DNA of 64,000 nucleotides, taken from contig JAUPSS010000001.1 in assembly GCA_040285825.1 (NCBI GenBank), forward strand, positions 3,844,001-3,908,000. The letters are read 5' to 3'. A model generated the notes under the pieces. It worked only from the letters and a program-made list of their open reading frames with translations. It did not search any database and was not told where the DNA came from. The DNA comes from Eukaryota sp. TZLM1-RC. Lineage: Eukaryota > Protista > Metamonada: BaSk clade. Position 1 is the first letter of the stretch. Each line of letters starts with the position of its first letter. The position numbers were made by a program, and so were the translations under genes. Of the stretch, positions 12,135-24,272 are shown in pieces.

Positions 12135-13382
12135 TCAGATAAACCTAACTGTATGAAATGCATCACTATGAACGAAAAGTATTCTATCTTCATTAGACGA
12201 CCCAATTGAAGATTTGGTTTCAGGATCAACTGAGTTGCCCCATACAATAATAGACCTCACCCTAGAGTTGACTTTAAGTGCTTCAGCGATTGTCTCTACA
12301 CCCTTTTTCCCGATGGAGTTATGCCACAGGTTGATTGAAGTAAGCCCAGAATTAAGAACCAAAGCCTCAGCAATTGCAATGGTACCATCGTCCCCAATAT
12401 AATTACGTCCAAAATGAATAGAAGAGAGGGTATTGTTGATCTTCAATGCTTCAGAAATGGCTGAAGCGCCATCATTTCCAATTGAGTTACCTTCAAGATT
12501 AATTTCTTTAAGAGTAGAATTGTGCTTCAAAGAACGTGCAATGGTGGTAGCACCTTCTGTTCCTATAGAGTTAAACCGCAGGTTAATTGAAGTAATACTA
12601 GAATTAACTTTAAGTAACTTGCTGATGAAAACAACACCTTCATCTCCAATGGAATTGTTTCCAAAGTCAATAGCAGAGAGGGTAGAATTAGCTTTGAGAG
12701 ACTTGCAAAGCGCTATAACACCTTCATCTCCAATGGAGTTGCCTCCTAAATTAATAGAAGAAAGGGTGTTATTCACATTGATTGCATCAGCAATGGCCAT
12801 AGCACCATCATTGCCAAGAGAGTTATCCCAGAGATCAATAGATTTGAGGGTAGAGTTCACTTTGAGTGACTCGGAAATAGAAATAGCACCTTCCACTCCA
12901 AAGAAAAAACCTCCGAGAACAGTTGATGATAGAGTAGTGTTTCTTTTCAGTCCCTTAGCTATCGAAATAGCACCTTCCTTTCCAAGGTTGTCGCTACAGG
13001 TTAAACCCGTAATAATAGAAGAATAATTGGACACAGATCTGAGTTCAGAAACTGAATAAATCAACAAATGAACAGATTTGAAGGAGGTGTTAGCAAGAGA
13101 AGATAGCACTGGTAAAACCTGTAGTACATCCCTCGTTCTCAAGAAAAAGGTGCTGGTTTCAACAAACAATTTTACAACAAACAGACAATATTCATAAAAC
13201 TTTTGACTGGCGAACCCAATGTTGTTCATGAAAAGGCCGAGTGCTTTTATGAACTTATAAGTATCAAGATCTTTCAGAGGTTGACGTCGAATCGAACACA
13301 AAGAACGGGAGAACAGATGGGTAAGAATTTGTGTGTGTAGACATCGGGGTAAGTATATCGGCTGAGGAGGTTTTGTTAACAT
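12135..13382 (-). CDS. Leucine-rich repeat protein (RNI/NLRC3-like 28-aa LRRs)
   Basis: Repeated NSTLxSIxLxxNSIGxEGAxAIAxAL units. Confidence 0.9.
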   Translation of the reverse strand: MLTKPPQPIYLPRCLHTQILTHLFSRSLCSIRRQPLKDLDTYKFIKALGLFMNNIGFASQKFYEYCLFVVKLFVETSTFFLRTRDVLQVLPVLSSLANTSFKSVHLLIYSVSELRSVSNYSSIITGLTCSDNLGKEGAISIAKGLKRNTTLSSTVLGGFFFGVEGAISISESLKVNSTLKSIDLWDNSLGNDGAMAIADAINVNNTLSSINLGGNSIGDEGVIALCKSLKANSTLSAIDFGNNSIGDEGVVFISKLLKVNSSITSINLRFNSIGTEGATTIARSLKHNSTLKEINLEGNSIGNDGASAISEALKINNTLSSIHFGRNYIGDDGTIAIAEALVLNSGLTSINLWHNSIGKKGVETIAEALKVNSRVRSIIVWGNSVDPETKSSIGSSNEDRILFVHSDAFHTVRFI

Positions 13383-13459
13383 TCAGTATGGTTAGCATGA
13401 TATAATCCTCCAAATATCCTTTTGAAAGGATATTATTCTTTTTTTTCAAATACCCATTA

Positions 13460-13745
13460 ATAAATCATAAAATACACAACTAGAGCTCCACATCCTCAAA
13501 ACTTGCCTCTCCTACATCGAAACAGTGAAGTACTAAAGATTCAGAAAATTTACCAAAAGAAGAAAGTGAATCAATAATTGATTTCCTTAAAAATAGAATT
13601 AACAATCTTGTTATGCCACTCAACGCGATTGAAAATTCTTCCATTTTTCCCTTTACAACTACATTGAAATCCTCAAGGAAAGCCATAGCAGCCTTACCTA
13701 AAGATCCGAGCAAGGAAACAACAAAAGGACACAAATTATACTGAA
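13460..13745 (-). mobile_element. 3' fragment of another CRE non-LTR family
   Basis: YNLCPFVVSLLGSLGKAAMAFLEDF, homologous to the RLE tail of the other CRE copies. Confidence 0.6.
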
Positions 13746-14482
13746 TGATTATATGATGATATATAATACAAACTTTCAAAGAAAAAGGGTTAGTATCCTT
13801 GAAAAAGTCCAATTTCCGAAGCCAAATATATTTTGATGACCTACGATGAAATTGAAGACAGTTTGATTAATCCAGAATTAAAGTTCAGCTTCCTTCCTGA
13901 ATTTGAATATGAGCTTTGGAATTCCAATTTTTGTGATTATTATAACAACAATGAAAACTACGAAAGGTCAAATATTTTGATGTTTTTTCTGGGATTAATC
14001 ACAATATAAACAATTTTTCTGCTGATTCGACATTGATTTGTCAATCGTTCTTTGAACGTTGATGAACTTTCCACGAACCAGCATGTCGTGGATGGGCAAG
14101 GTGGTGCAGAACAAATGTTTTGGAATTGAAATTATTTGATTTTGCAATTTGTTGCACTCAAGACTCTCCAATTCAGAAAATATTGAACTGTGTCAATAAT
14201 CACCACATTGAATTGGAGATGTGTTCGACTACCAATTTGATCTAAATAGGTGTTGAAAGGGCAAGGTTAATATTTAACATTCTTTTATATTTTAATAATA
14301 ATTTAAATTAATTTTTTTTATTTTGATAAGTTTCTAGTATTGATTTTTTTTTGAATTTTTTACTGTAATAGATTCTCTTAATCTTGCTTATTCTTCAACT
14401 TAAACCTCACAACAAAATTGACTAATATTTATTTGATTATTTGCTAATTTTGGAAAATTTTTAATTTTTATTTAATTTTGGT

Positions 14483-14825
14483 TCGTAAACGAGACAAATA
14501 TGCTGAGTGATTAAATGATTTAAGTAAGAATCTTTACTCGAAGTTTTCGTTTTTTTCCTTTTGCCTTCTCGATTTTTGGCAACATTGGTCAGTCTGCCTT
14601 GAATTTTCTCAATGATTTTGATAATCTTTGTCGTTCAAGTGGTAAGAATTTTGCTAGGTATTTATGGAAGAATCGTGTCATTTTTGCTTTGTATAGAAGG
14701 GTTCCCAAGTATTTATATTTCATGATGTTCAAGCTTTCCAAGGATTCTTCAAGTTTTGTGGAGAATTTTGTTTCTTATGTGTTTTAATTTGTTTTGTTTT
14801 GCAATTACGTGAAAATTAAAAAAAG
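14483..14825 (+). mobile_element. 3' fragment of CRE non-LTR family D
   Basis: NFLNDF..LWKNR..VENFVSYVF matches 47577-48389; A-rich tail. Confidence 0.75.
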
Positions 14826-14911
14826 AATTTATAATAAAAAATATTTATTTGACAATTTACTAATTTTGGAAAAAAGAACTGACAATCTGACTAAACATTC
14901 AAAACAAAACA

Positions 14912-15580
14912 TTATTGAACAAACAGTGCAAAACCCACAAGCTGATCAAAACTTAACGAAATCTTTCCATCAGCATTTCGATCATACTTCCTAAACAGCA
15001 TATACAACACATTAAGCAAAGCCGCCATCTCACAAAATCTTTCATAGGTCACGTGATCAGAGTTGTCCAGGTCAAAAACTCGGACCAGGTTGCCGGCAGT
15101 GGTATTTGAAACGAAATCAAATCCCAATTCATTTAGTGCTAGTCTCATTTCAGATCTGGATATTGAGCCTGTTTTTCCGGCATCAGCTGCAACAAAAGCG
15201 TTACGCATTCTGGTAACAAAGGCGTCGAGGTGAACATATTCGGCAAAGGTGACTTCCCCGGCAGCAGCAAAGCCTCGAATAAGGAGACGTGCAACTCTGG
15301 GTGAGATGGTGCGACCGTTTGTGTTGAAGGCTTGCATGAGTTCAGAGACACCCAGAGCCCCACTTCTATCTGTATCAATTGCATCAAACTTTTGCTTCAG
15401 AATGACTTCTGGACCAGTGGGATAAGCTGGTGGGGGTTGAACTGATGTGTAATTGTGATGAGGTGTGTAATATGCAGGAGGAGGTTGGTTTGGTATGGAT
15501 GACTGTTGATGATAATTTGGCAAAACATGAGAAGGGTGATGAGTGTGTGGTGGTGGTGGAGCGGAGTGTCCAGGATACAT
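14912..15580 (-). CDS. Penta-EF-hand protein (peflin/ALG-2/sorcin-like)
   Basis: Pro/His/Tyr-rich N-terminus; EF hands DTDRSGAL, DAGKTGSI, DLDNSDHV, DRNADGKI; first ATG at 15580. Confidence 0.85.
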   Translation of the reverse strand: MYPGHSAPPPPHTHHPSHVLPNYHQQSSIPNQPPPAYYTPHHNYTSVQPPPAYPTGPEVILKQKFDAIDTDRSGALGVSELMQAFNTNGRTISPRVARLLIRGFAAAGEVTFAEYVHLDAFVTRMRNAFVAADAGKTGSISRSEMRLALNELGFDFVSNTTAGNLVRVFDLDNSDHVTYERFCEMAALLNVLYMLFRKYDRNADGKISLSFDQLVGFALFVQ

Positions 15581-16157
15581 TGAGAGACGAAATCCAAAAC
15601 TTTGTGTTGTATCTTGTCCTCCCAAGTGATTTTCACCAGCGCCATCAAATTCTTTGAACAGAATAATAACTCTTGAATCATTGTTTCATAATTACGAAGT
15701 ACAAGGGGATTTTTTTCAAAATTTGCTCTGTCATGGATAAAAGGTCTTGGTGCCCTGATTTTTCGTTAAAAATTTTGCGAAAATAGAAAAGTATTTGAAT
15801 ATGAAAAATTGACTAATTTAATTAATAATATTTTTTAGTATAAAGCTTATCTTTAAATTTTAACTTTTTCAGTTTGGAATTTCGGAATTCCAAACATTAG
15901 AGTTACAAAATTACTATACCTTTATGGCAAAAAACCTCAATGAACTCCAATAATCCCAGAATGTTAGTAGGAATTCTGTCTCATACCGTTTGGAAGTCTG
16001 TTATAGACGTTTGGAAACAATCGCACGTAAAGTTGATTCCATCTTCACATTATTTTTCGACCTTATTTCAAGAATCATTTAAAAAATAGAATTTATTTTA
16101 CCAAAATAAGACTAAAATTATTTACCAAGAATCACTAATGACAAGATTCAATTTTTG

Positions 16158-16370
16158 CAGTGTTGCCGAGTGCGTTAGTTTTGACTCTCGTACCCCCGGA
16201 TCGAACCCGGGCTTGGTGTGTGATTCATCGAAAATCCAATGAATAAAATATCCTTTTCACTGAACCAATAAGTCTGTAATATGTCTTCATCAAATCATGA
16301 TGCCAACCGTGATTCTGATAGCCGAAACATTTGACTTCTTCACCGTTGTTCGCCAAACTCGGCAACACTA
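16158..16370. mobile_element. MITE with 14-bp TIRs (C/T)AGTGTTGCCGAGT, probably hAT-type
   Basis: cagtgttgccgagt ... actcggcaacacta; flanks aatttttg / aactttta could be a degenerate 8-bp TSD. Confidence 0.65.
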
Positions 16371-16667
16371 AACTTTTAATAATGACTGATTTTTTCATTA
16401 TATAAATAACAATTCCACAACATTTGTTTTCCTCTCTTTTTCCATAGGTAAATCTTCATTCTCCTTTCTGGGGCTTGAACTATTATCCATTCAGGAAGCA
16501 AAGGTTATGGAGGTTCTACAAAATGATTCTCCCTTCATTGTTGAGGGTGCCCTTGAACTCCAGTGGTAGTTAAACATTGGAGATACGCTTTATTCCAGGA
16601 AAGGGGTACGAAGCTAGGCGAGAAAGTAAGAAGTAGAAGGAAGAATGGAATTCTTCCTTTAAGAATA

Positions 16668-17771
16668 TGATGCCGCTAGGCAGAAATACCAAAGAAGTAA
16701 AGAGAGAAAAAATGAGCTTTATTAAAAAAAATACTTGTTGTTGAACAAGTGCCACGTCATCATGTAAATTCCTCATCTGTTTACCAGGTTAGTTTATCAG
16801 TAACAACAACACTACTTCTTCCCATTTTCTTTCAACAATTTCGTAAACCATTTAGCATAATGAAGAAAGGGGGTTTGTGAGATACTGAGGCACGTGGTGT
16901 AGATGATTTACCTCGTGCTTAACTTTTGAGGGGCAATCACGAGCTAGATAACCTTTCTGATGACGTTTGAAACATGTCCCGTTAATCAGATTGCGAGATC
17001 TATGGGATGAACGAGACTTCATACCAGCTTGACGCACAAAGTCAGTATTTTCAGAAACAGTCTTTGAAGACCTGTTCCAAGAAGCTATTCGCGCGCAATC
17101 AAAGTAGTTCATCCACTGCGGTATTTACCAATGTAGGAAAATCGGGGAATACCACGTCCCCAATTCGAGAAATCAGAGATTTTTCAATCCTAATGGAAGT
17201 ATACCCTTGGCGAATCTGATTATGAAAGCTGAGTCAGGTAATTTCAGTCCGGAAGCCCTGCTTTTCGCCTGAAGAAAACGTCTCAGGTAGCAGGAGATAC
17301 GTTCACGGACGTCGCCCTTACGGACATCAACCTTCAACTCAGACATCACCAAGTTGAATTCCTCGTACGAAGAAAACGAAGTGGAGGATCTTAAATAATC
17401 CAGAAACACCTCATCGAATGAATCAACCCCAGGTCTTGTAAGAACCAACGATTCTAACAAGAAGGGGTCAACGAGGAGCCTTGCTGGAACAAGGTCCTTT
17501 TTCGGTGTAACAGAAGAGTACACCTTCCACTATCGTAAGAACAACAGAACATCAGCCACTTCCATAGAAGCAAAGGACGGATGTAGTACGCGTGTAGATT
17601 ACGTCTGCAATGAGGGCCAACAATTATTGATGCCGTTAGGCAGAAATACCAAAGAAGTAAAGAGAGAAAAAGAGAGCTTTATTAATAAAAATACTTGTTG
17701 TTGAACAAGTGCCACGTCATCATGTGAATTCCTCATCTGTCTATTAGGTTAGTTTATCAGTAACAACAACA
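16668..17771 (-). mobile_element. Gag-only miniature LTR retroelement, subfamily 2, degenerate gag; 144-bp LTRs (16668-16811, 17628-17771)
   Basis: TG..CA LTRs, TSD AATA, PPT; ORF pieces 17173-17523 and 16852-17112 homologous to Gag at 26784-27470. Confidence 0.9.
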
Positions 17772-18689
17772 AATATACTGACTAGTGAACCTAATGAAAC
17801 TAATAAACTATTAATCTATAAATTACAGCTGTTCTGTTAACATCACCTCTCGTTTGACTTTACGCGTGCAATCATTTTTCTCCTCACCCGGCATTTCACT
17901 CACCCAGCAATTATTGTGGATGGTGTCAATTTTTGTACCAACACTGAATTCCCCAAGATCAGGGTGAAGAAGAAAATACTTCCCTTTTTAATGCCCTTCT
18001 GTTACACTTAGACTCGATATCTACCAATAAACTCCACAACTTACTTGATACTCTATTTCATAGAGCCACTATTGCTGATATGAAATTTATTATCCGATTT
18101 CTAAAGAGTAAACTTTTGATTTCAATAAATGCAGCAAGTATTCGAACGAGGCTAGAGCAATATTGGTTGGATGAAGATCTTTTTTTCTTTTGGCTCACAG
18201 ACTTCGAAATTTCTTGATTAATACCATTGAAGATGAATCGGTTTGCCCAAATTCAAATTCATTTTTAGCTTCGTCAAGTTGTCCCATCAACATGAACTTT
18301 ATTTTTAATCCTCGAGAAAGCTTTAATTTGGGCTGTGCTACTCTTCTTCTTATATTGATGGTTAACTACCTAAAAACTACGATACTTTTCATGTTTGGAA
18401 TTATTTTAATAATTTTTCAAAGGTATCCCAGCAGAATAACAACAACAACAGAAAGCACGAAGTACAATCTCTTTCATCTATTTGCAGAAAATTTGACAAA
18501 TTATTTCCAGATGGTGAAGTGAGTGGTGCAATGGTCTCATAGAATAACCAAAAGATGGTTCCTGAAAATTCCGATGGTGTTACTAAGTTGAATAAAGTTC
18601 ATCCATACGAAGAAGCACTGAACAATTTTGTGCCTCCTTCTGAATCCGTTAGCTGTTGGAAATCCAACCCCTTTTCTGAAGTAGAAGTA

Positions 18690-19620
18690 GCTAATGCAAT
18701 TTCTTCTAGAGATTAATAGTAAAGCTACAGGACACTCAATGATCACTTTTGATCATTTCAAGTGTACTGCAAAAATTCTGAAAACCATAATACCTTCATC
18801 GATCCGTTTATATAATTTAATTATAAATTCAACTTAAAAAAATTTATATAATTTAATTATCCAAAATCCTAAAAGCTTTCCTACAGAACTATGTGCTTCA
18901 AGAATGATTCCTTTAGTGAAGTCAAACAGTGGTGTTCGTCTCATTCCAATTGGTGGAGTGGTCTTACGTCTGTTAACTACACTGGTTTTCAATCGTATCA
19001 AAAAAAATGCTAAAGAGTTCCTTGGTACTTATCAATTTGGTACAGGAACTTATGATGGAGCGAATGCTGCTGCTCTAGGTGTTGATTTTTTATGAATTTA
19101 TCAAGGGAAAATTTTGCAGTTGTCTGTGATTTCAAAAATACCTTTAATTCAGTGAAACATAGTGCTATTGTTGCACTTCACCATTCTCCTGTTTTTGCAG
19201 AAGTTGCTCCTTTGTTTGATTTTTTATATTCTGCTCACTCACCATTAGCTATGAACACTGATTCTATACCCTCTTGTTCAGGTGTGAAACAAGGTGATCC
19301 AATGAACATTTCCTTTTTTGTCTTTCTCTTCATCCAATCTTTGTTCACCTTAAGCAACAATATTCAAAACTAGAAATTGTGGTATTTATGGATGATGTTT
19401 TTTGAATAGGTTCATCTCCTATAGTTCAAGAAGCAAGAAATGTGTGAAATTTGAGCATCTCGTATTGGTCGTGAACTTAATCCATCAACATGCGAAGTTC
19501 TGAGTCGACATGATGATTTTGTCTCTTTTGAGGGAATCGAATTGCCATTTGTGAAATATGATTCGTTCTTGAAAGCTCTTCCTCGTTATATTAACTCCAT
19601 TTTGATTAACATTACAAAAG
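18690..19620 (+). pseudogene. Decayed CRE-type reverse transcriptase fragments
   Basis: VRLIPIG, YQFG, DFKNTFNSV, GVKQGDP, FMDDV in broken frames. Confidence 0.75.
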
Positions 19621-20089
19621 TTTTATAACAATTGAGTTGCTATACCAGTGAAAAGCGAAAATTTCCCGTTATTCAATTGATGGCCTTTGAGTAGGTAAAT
19701 ACATTAGTTAAGGTTTTTTGGTTGAGTTTTAGAATGTGACTGTTCCAGGAGTAAAGAAAAATAAAATCATGATACAAAAGCAGCTTTTGATTGTAAGTTA
19801 CAACACAAAGGTGTTAAAATTGTAGCCAGCACTGAAGTTTGGTAAAGAAGTCAATGAATAGTATTCAATATATAGTGCGCATTGACCTGCAAAGATGTAT
19901 ACATCCTTCACTTACAACATCATCTTCTGTATCAATCTCACTTTTAGTTGAAGCTGTACATTGGAAGGAGTCTCTTTCGTGGTAAATCTTTTGGTTTTGC
20001 TTAAAAGACGAACTAACATTTATCTACCAACTGAACTCTTGCTGAAAACTTAATGGGATTTCCAAGTATTTATATTTTCCCTAGTTCTT

Positions 20090-20572
20090 ATGAGTACTCG
20101 GCGCACTCGCAGTTCGCGCTCACGTCCTCTTCTTACGGAGGTTTCACTGGATGATCTTGATTCTCGTAGCAGAAAGAGAACATCTTCCACCTTGGATGTT
20201 GACCAAAAGCGTATATTGTCTGAAAAGAGACGTGAAGCCTCTCGACTCAAAGAAGAACAGGAGCGACAAGCTGTTGTTTCAAAACTCATCAAGGGTCTTC
20301 AAAAGGGAGCCTCTGATACGAAGGAGGCAAAGAATAAGGTACAAGCCGCTGAGACCCTTATACCGTCAATACGGACAACTTATTCTGCAAACGGCACAAC
20401 TGTCTCTATCCCCAAGGAGCTGCTCTCTCACGAATTCTTCCCAAGCGACTCTGTTTCACGTCTCATAGTCGCTGACCGAACTTGCCGCTGTGGTAGTTTT
20501 GGTGTCTATCCACATTATGCCAATGGCTCCAAGATTTATAGTTGTAGTCTGAGGTGCTTCAACTCTATATAG
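20090..20572 (+). CDS. INO80B: INO80 complex subunit B / Ies2 (PAPA-1 + zf-HIT-like)
   Basis: KRREASRLKEEQERQAVVSKL PAPA-1-like helix; C-terminal CxC...CSLRCF. Confidence 0.65.
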   Translation: MSTRRTRSSRSRPLLTEVSLDDLDSRSRKRTSSTLDVDQKRILSEKRREASRLKEEQERQAVVSKLIKGLQKGASDTKEAKNKVQAAETLIPSIRTTYSANGTTVSIPKELLSHEFFPSDSVSRLIVADRTCRCGSFGVYPHYANGSKIYSCSLRCFNSI

Positions 20573-20614
20573 CACATTCTTGCTGTTTTATTATTGATTT
20601 TTAGTTTATTATTT

Positions 20615-21280
20615 TTATTTACACTGAGGATGCCTGAATGTTTTCGATTCTGGTTGAAATTCAGTTGGTAAATTGTGGTCCAACTTGGACAAATAGTTCC
20701 CGCAATTGGAACATTTTGAATGGAATAAACTTCTATAATTAATAACAATATCTATGGCTTTTTCAAATGACATGTATTTTGTAATCTTGAAAACATTTTG
20801 TGCTATACTGTTAACGAGAATAGAGCACTGCTCTGGAGATGATGCTGATTCTACCCAGACGTGAGCTACAGTGAGTGAATCACTAGTTAAACCCAATGTG
20901 AACTTAAACAGGTTTTGTAACTCAACAATACAAATAATATTACCATCATCCTGCTCCGACCTGACATATACCGAAGAAGGAACAGTGATTGTCCTTGATA
21001 ACACAGTAGTTTCAACAAAGTTCTGTTCGGGAGCTTTTGTGTATTCTAAAAGTCTATTGCTGGAAAGATCTAACTGAGCACCATAGTTGGCAACTTTCTG
21101 GGCTGCTGCAACAACGTCACTTGGATCAGTGAGATTTAATAAATTTTGGAAAGCATCAAAGAACTGCTGACTAGAAGTAGCTACATGATCAGCCAAATCT
21201 TCAAGTCTCATTAGTGGATGATGATATAATTGTGCCAAATCATAAATTTGTTTTGCTTTCAACGATCCAAGATTTGCCAC
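20615..21280 (-). CDS. MED27: Mediator subunit 27-like; start uncertain
   Basis: C-terminal YRSLFHSKCSNCGNYL..LP...HPQC zinc motif typical of MED27; upstream ATG at 21340 is separated by an in-frame TGA. Confidence 0.65.
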   Translation of the reverse strand: MANLGSLKAKQIYDLAQLYHHPLMRLEDLADHVATSSQQFFDAFQNLLNLTDPSDVVAAAQKVANYGAQLDLSSNRLLEYTKAPEQNFVETTVLSRTITVPSSVYVRSEQDDGNIICIVELQNLFKFTLGLTSDSLTVAHVWVESASSPEQCSILVNSIAQNVFKITKYMSFEKAIDIVINYRSLFHSKCSNCGNYLSKLDHNLPTEFQPESKTFRHPQCK

Positions 21281-21498
21281 CTCCTGTCGATTACTTCATT
21301 GTGTCCACCAAGCTGTTGGTAACTGTGTGGAGCGCTCCATATGAATCTATTGGTTTGCCTGGTTTTATGTGCAACTGTCTAGTGTAATCTGTTCTATCAC
21401 ATTCACGGTTGGTTCATTTGCATTCTGAGATACACTTTCCAACTCTGCACTTCCCTTAAATACAATGTGCACATGAAATTCTTTATTTTCCATTTTAC

Positions 21499-22380
21499 AT
21501 GCACGCACCTAACCTTTCACTAGACTCTGGTAAACCAGAACTATCCATTCCTTTGCTCTACAAGATAACCCAATGGACACTTCTCTCCATTGTAATTGCC
21601 GTCTCCCTCTTCTTTCTCTATGGTCATGCTTTCAGTGACATTCGCTGGGACGAAGGTTATGCACAAGCTGGTTGTACCCGTACCAACACTTGCTTTTGTG
21701 AGTTTGACAATAGAGATTCCTTCTGCCGTCAACGTTCCAATGCTTGGTCAAGTCTAGGTTTTACTTATGCTGGTACATGGATGCTGTTCGACATTACTCG
21801 TTGTCTAAGCCAAGATTGTTCTATTAGTCTTCAACTCTTGAATATGCTCATGATGTCACTTATTTCTATTCTTTTAGGAATTGGCTCTTATCTCTACCAT
21901 GCTACTTTAACTCTATGGGGTGAACGCTTAGATGGTGCCGGAATGCATTTTATTGGGGTTTATTTAGCTATATTTACATTAAGCAGAATGTTTAATCTTT
22001 TCAGCCAAAAATTAAAGAAAAAGTCTAATGTTCATTTAATATTTGCTATTGTTTTTTATCCTGCTTTTATTGCTATTTCTATTGCAGTAATTATAGTTGA
22101 ACGATGGGGGAAATTAACTTGGGTCATGATTGGAATCAATATAGGTATTGTTTTCATTATTGAGCCTATCAATTGTGCCATTGAAAAAAAGAGAATTTCA
22201 AATTATTATCTTTTGGCAGCTTCTTGTTTTGCTGCTTCTTTCCTTATTTGGAATCTTGACAGAAGCGATTTTCTTTGTTACCCACATTCTTGGTTTCAAG
22301 GCCATGCTGTTTGGCATTTAGGGTTGGCGGTAAGTGTTTATGCACTTTACCAGCTGTATTCAAAGTATGATCATGAATAG
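21499..22380 (+). CDS. Ceramidase-like CREST-superfamily multi-TM hydrolase, copy 1
   Basis: FCE, NAWSS, SYLYH, D, HAVWH conserved motifs; multiple hydrophobic helices. Confidence 0.85.
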   Translation: MHAPNLSLDSGKPELSIPLLYKITQWTLLSIVIAVSLFFLYGHAFSDIRWDEGYAQAGCTRTNTCFCEFDNRDSFCRQRSNAWSSLGFTYAGTWMLFDITRCLSQDCSISLQLLNMLMMSLISILLGIGSYLYHATLTLWGERLDGAGMHFIGVYLAIFTLSRMFNLFSQKLKKKSNVHLIFAIVFYPAFIAISIAVIIVERWGKLTWVMIGINIGIVFIIEPINCAIEKKRISNYYLLAASCFAASFLIWNLDRSDFLCYPHSWFQGHAVWHLGLAVSVYALYQLYSKYDHE

Positions 22381-23164
22381 TGTTTTTTGTTTAAATTTGT
22401 GTACTTTTTTTTATTTTTTTGCACATATGTATGTTGAAAGTCTAATTCAAATGCAAGCTCATTGAATAACTTTGTTTTGATTTTGTGAAATGGATGAAGC
22501 AGAATTTATAACCAATAACCCAATAAAATTACAAGTTCTCTGAATTCAAAAGCGCTTTATTTAGTACAATTTTTAAAAAAAGAAACCTAGATCCGATGGT
22601 CTCTAATTGAGTGAACTAAAAATTCATTCACAAAATGTTCATTTGCATGTTTTCTCACATTTAATTTTCTCTATGGCTGGAAAAACTGAGGTACTCCATC
22701 AATTATAGCTAATTATATCTAATTGGGAATATTACATATCCCTTTTCTTTTTTGAATAACATCAATCATTACCATAACAGTTGAGCTTTGGGTTGTTGCC
22801 AAGTCCTCCAAATCAATATGATGAATGATACCTTGGGTTGGCAATGAGAGCTATTCTGGCAATGAAAGTCATGCATTCATTGCCAGAAAAGCAGTGCGAA
22901 AAGATACGATTAATCTCACTTCTTTGAAGACCTGGTTGTGGTGCAAATAATATAAAAGAAAATGCAAAAGAACATACTTTTGTCTCTATTATTTTTAGGT
23001 TTTGGTGTTGTTGTTGATGGCAGAGACCTGTGGTGAAATCATGAGAGGTTCCAGTACCAGTCAATCATTATGGTTAGAGTTCGATCAAATTCTATCAAAA
23101 TACAATCAGATCCGACAGTACACAATTTTCCCGCACATATTCTACTTCCTGATTTAGCATTACA

Positions 23165-23443
23165 ATGCCGATGACCCCTGATCAGGAACATTATTGGCAT
23201 CAACGAATACGTCAAGCTCATGAGGAACGGGTTAATAATGGCCCTGAACCTTTAACCACTCGATTCCTCGTGTTGTATGGACTGCCCATCATCGGTTTGC
23301 TCTTTATGTGCTGCAATATGAGCTACCACTTCGATAACAACGACATTAGGCATGATCTAAAGGTTTTAGGCAAATTCTGTTTGCTGGTTTTTTGGCAAGT
23401 ATTTTCCTTTATATTGATTGCTTTCCTAGTTGAGACCTTATAG
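23165..23443 (+). CDS. Small two-TM hypothetical protein in the inverted-repeat spacer
   Basis: 92-aa ATG ORF with two hydrophobic segments. Confidence 0.5.
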   Translation: MPMTPDQEHYWHQRIRQAHEERVNNGPEPLTTRFLVLYGLPIIGLLFMCCNMSYHFDNNDIRHDLKVLGKFCLLVFWQVFSFILIAFLVETL

Positions 23444-24272
23444 TTCTCTTCTCTGTAAATTTATGTTAGTTTTTTGTACGGAGATCATTGAATTAATTCT
23501 ACCTTCTGTAAAAATTACTCCAAAGCAAAAACAAACTTTACGTTACTTATTTGCGCACTTTCATGTTACAACTTACCATAATGATTGACTGGTACTGGAA
23601 CTTCTCATGATTTCACCACAGGTCTCTGCCATCAACAACAACAACAGCAAAACCTAAAAATAATAGAGACAAAAGTATGTTCTTTTGCATTTTCTTTTAT
23701 ATTATTTGCACCACAGCCAGGTCTTCAAAGAAGTGAGATTAATCGTATCTTTTCGCACTGCCTTTCTGGCAATGAATGCATGACTTTCATTGCCAGAATA
23801 GCTTTCATTGCCAACCCAAGGTATCATTCATCATATTGATTTGGAGGACTTGGCAACAACCCAAAGCTCAACTGTTATTGTAATGATTGATGTTATTTAA
23901 AAAAGGAAAAGGGATATGTAATATTCCCAATTAGATATAATTAGCTATAATTGATGGAGTACCTCAGTTTTTCCAGCCATAGAGAAAATTAAATGTGAGA
24001 AAACATGCAAATGAACATTTTGTGAATGAATTTTTAGTTCACACAATTAGAGACCATCGGATCTAGGTTTCTTTTTTTTAAAATTGTACTAAATAAAGCG
24101 CTTTTGAATTCAGAGAACTTGTAATTTTATTGGGTTATTGGTTATAAATACTGCTTCATCCATTTCACAAAATCAACACAAAGTTATTCAATGAGCTTGC
24201 ATTTGAATTAGACTTTCAACATACATATGTGCAAAAAAATAAAAAAAAGTACACAAATTTAAACAAAAAACA

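Noticed and set aside
12433-13026. 197-aa plus-strand ORF
   Set aside because: Antisense shadow of the LRR repeats
16180-16280. Functional tRNA gene
   Set aside because: Only a T-arm-like hairpin; acceptor and anticodon arms do not form properly
21281-21340. In-frame TGA between an ATG and the MED27 frame as recoding or an alternative genetic code
   Set aside because: TGA ends other genes here (LRR, kinase); no workable intron found; an internal ATG or sequence error is simpler
22813-23064. 83/84-aa ORF present in both inverted-repeat arms (also 23585-23839)
   Set aside because: Non-ATG start, no motif; conservation is explained by the duplication
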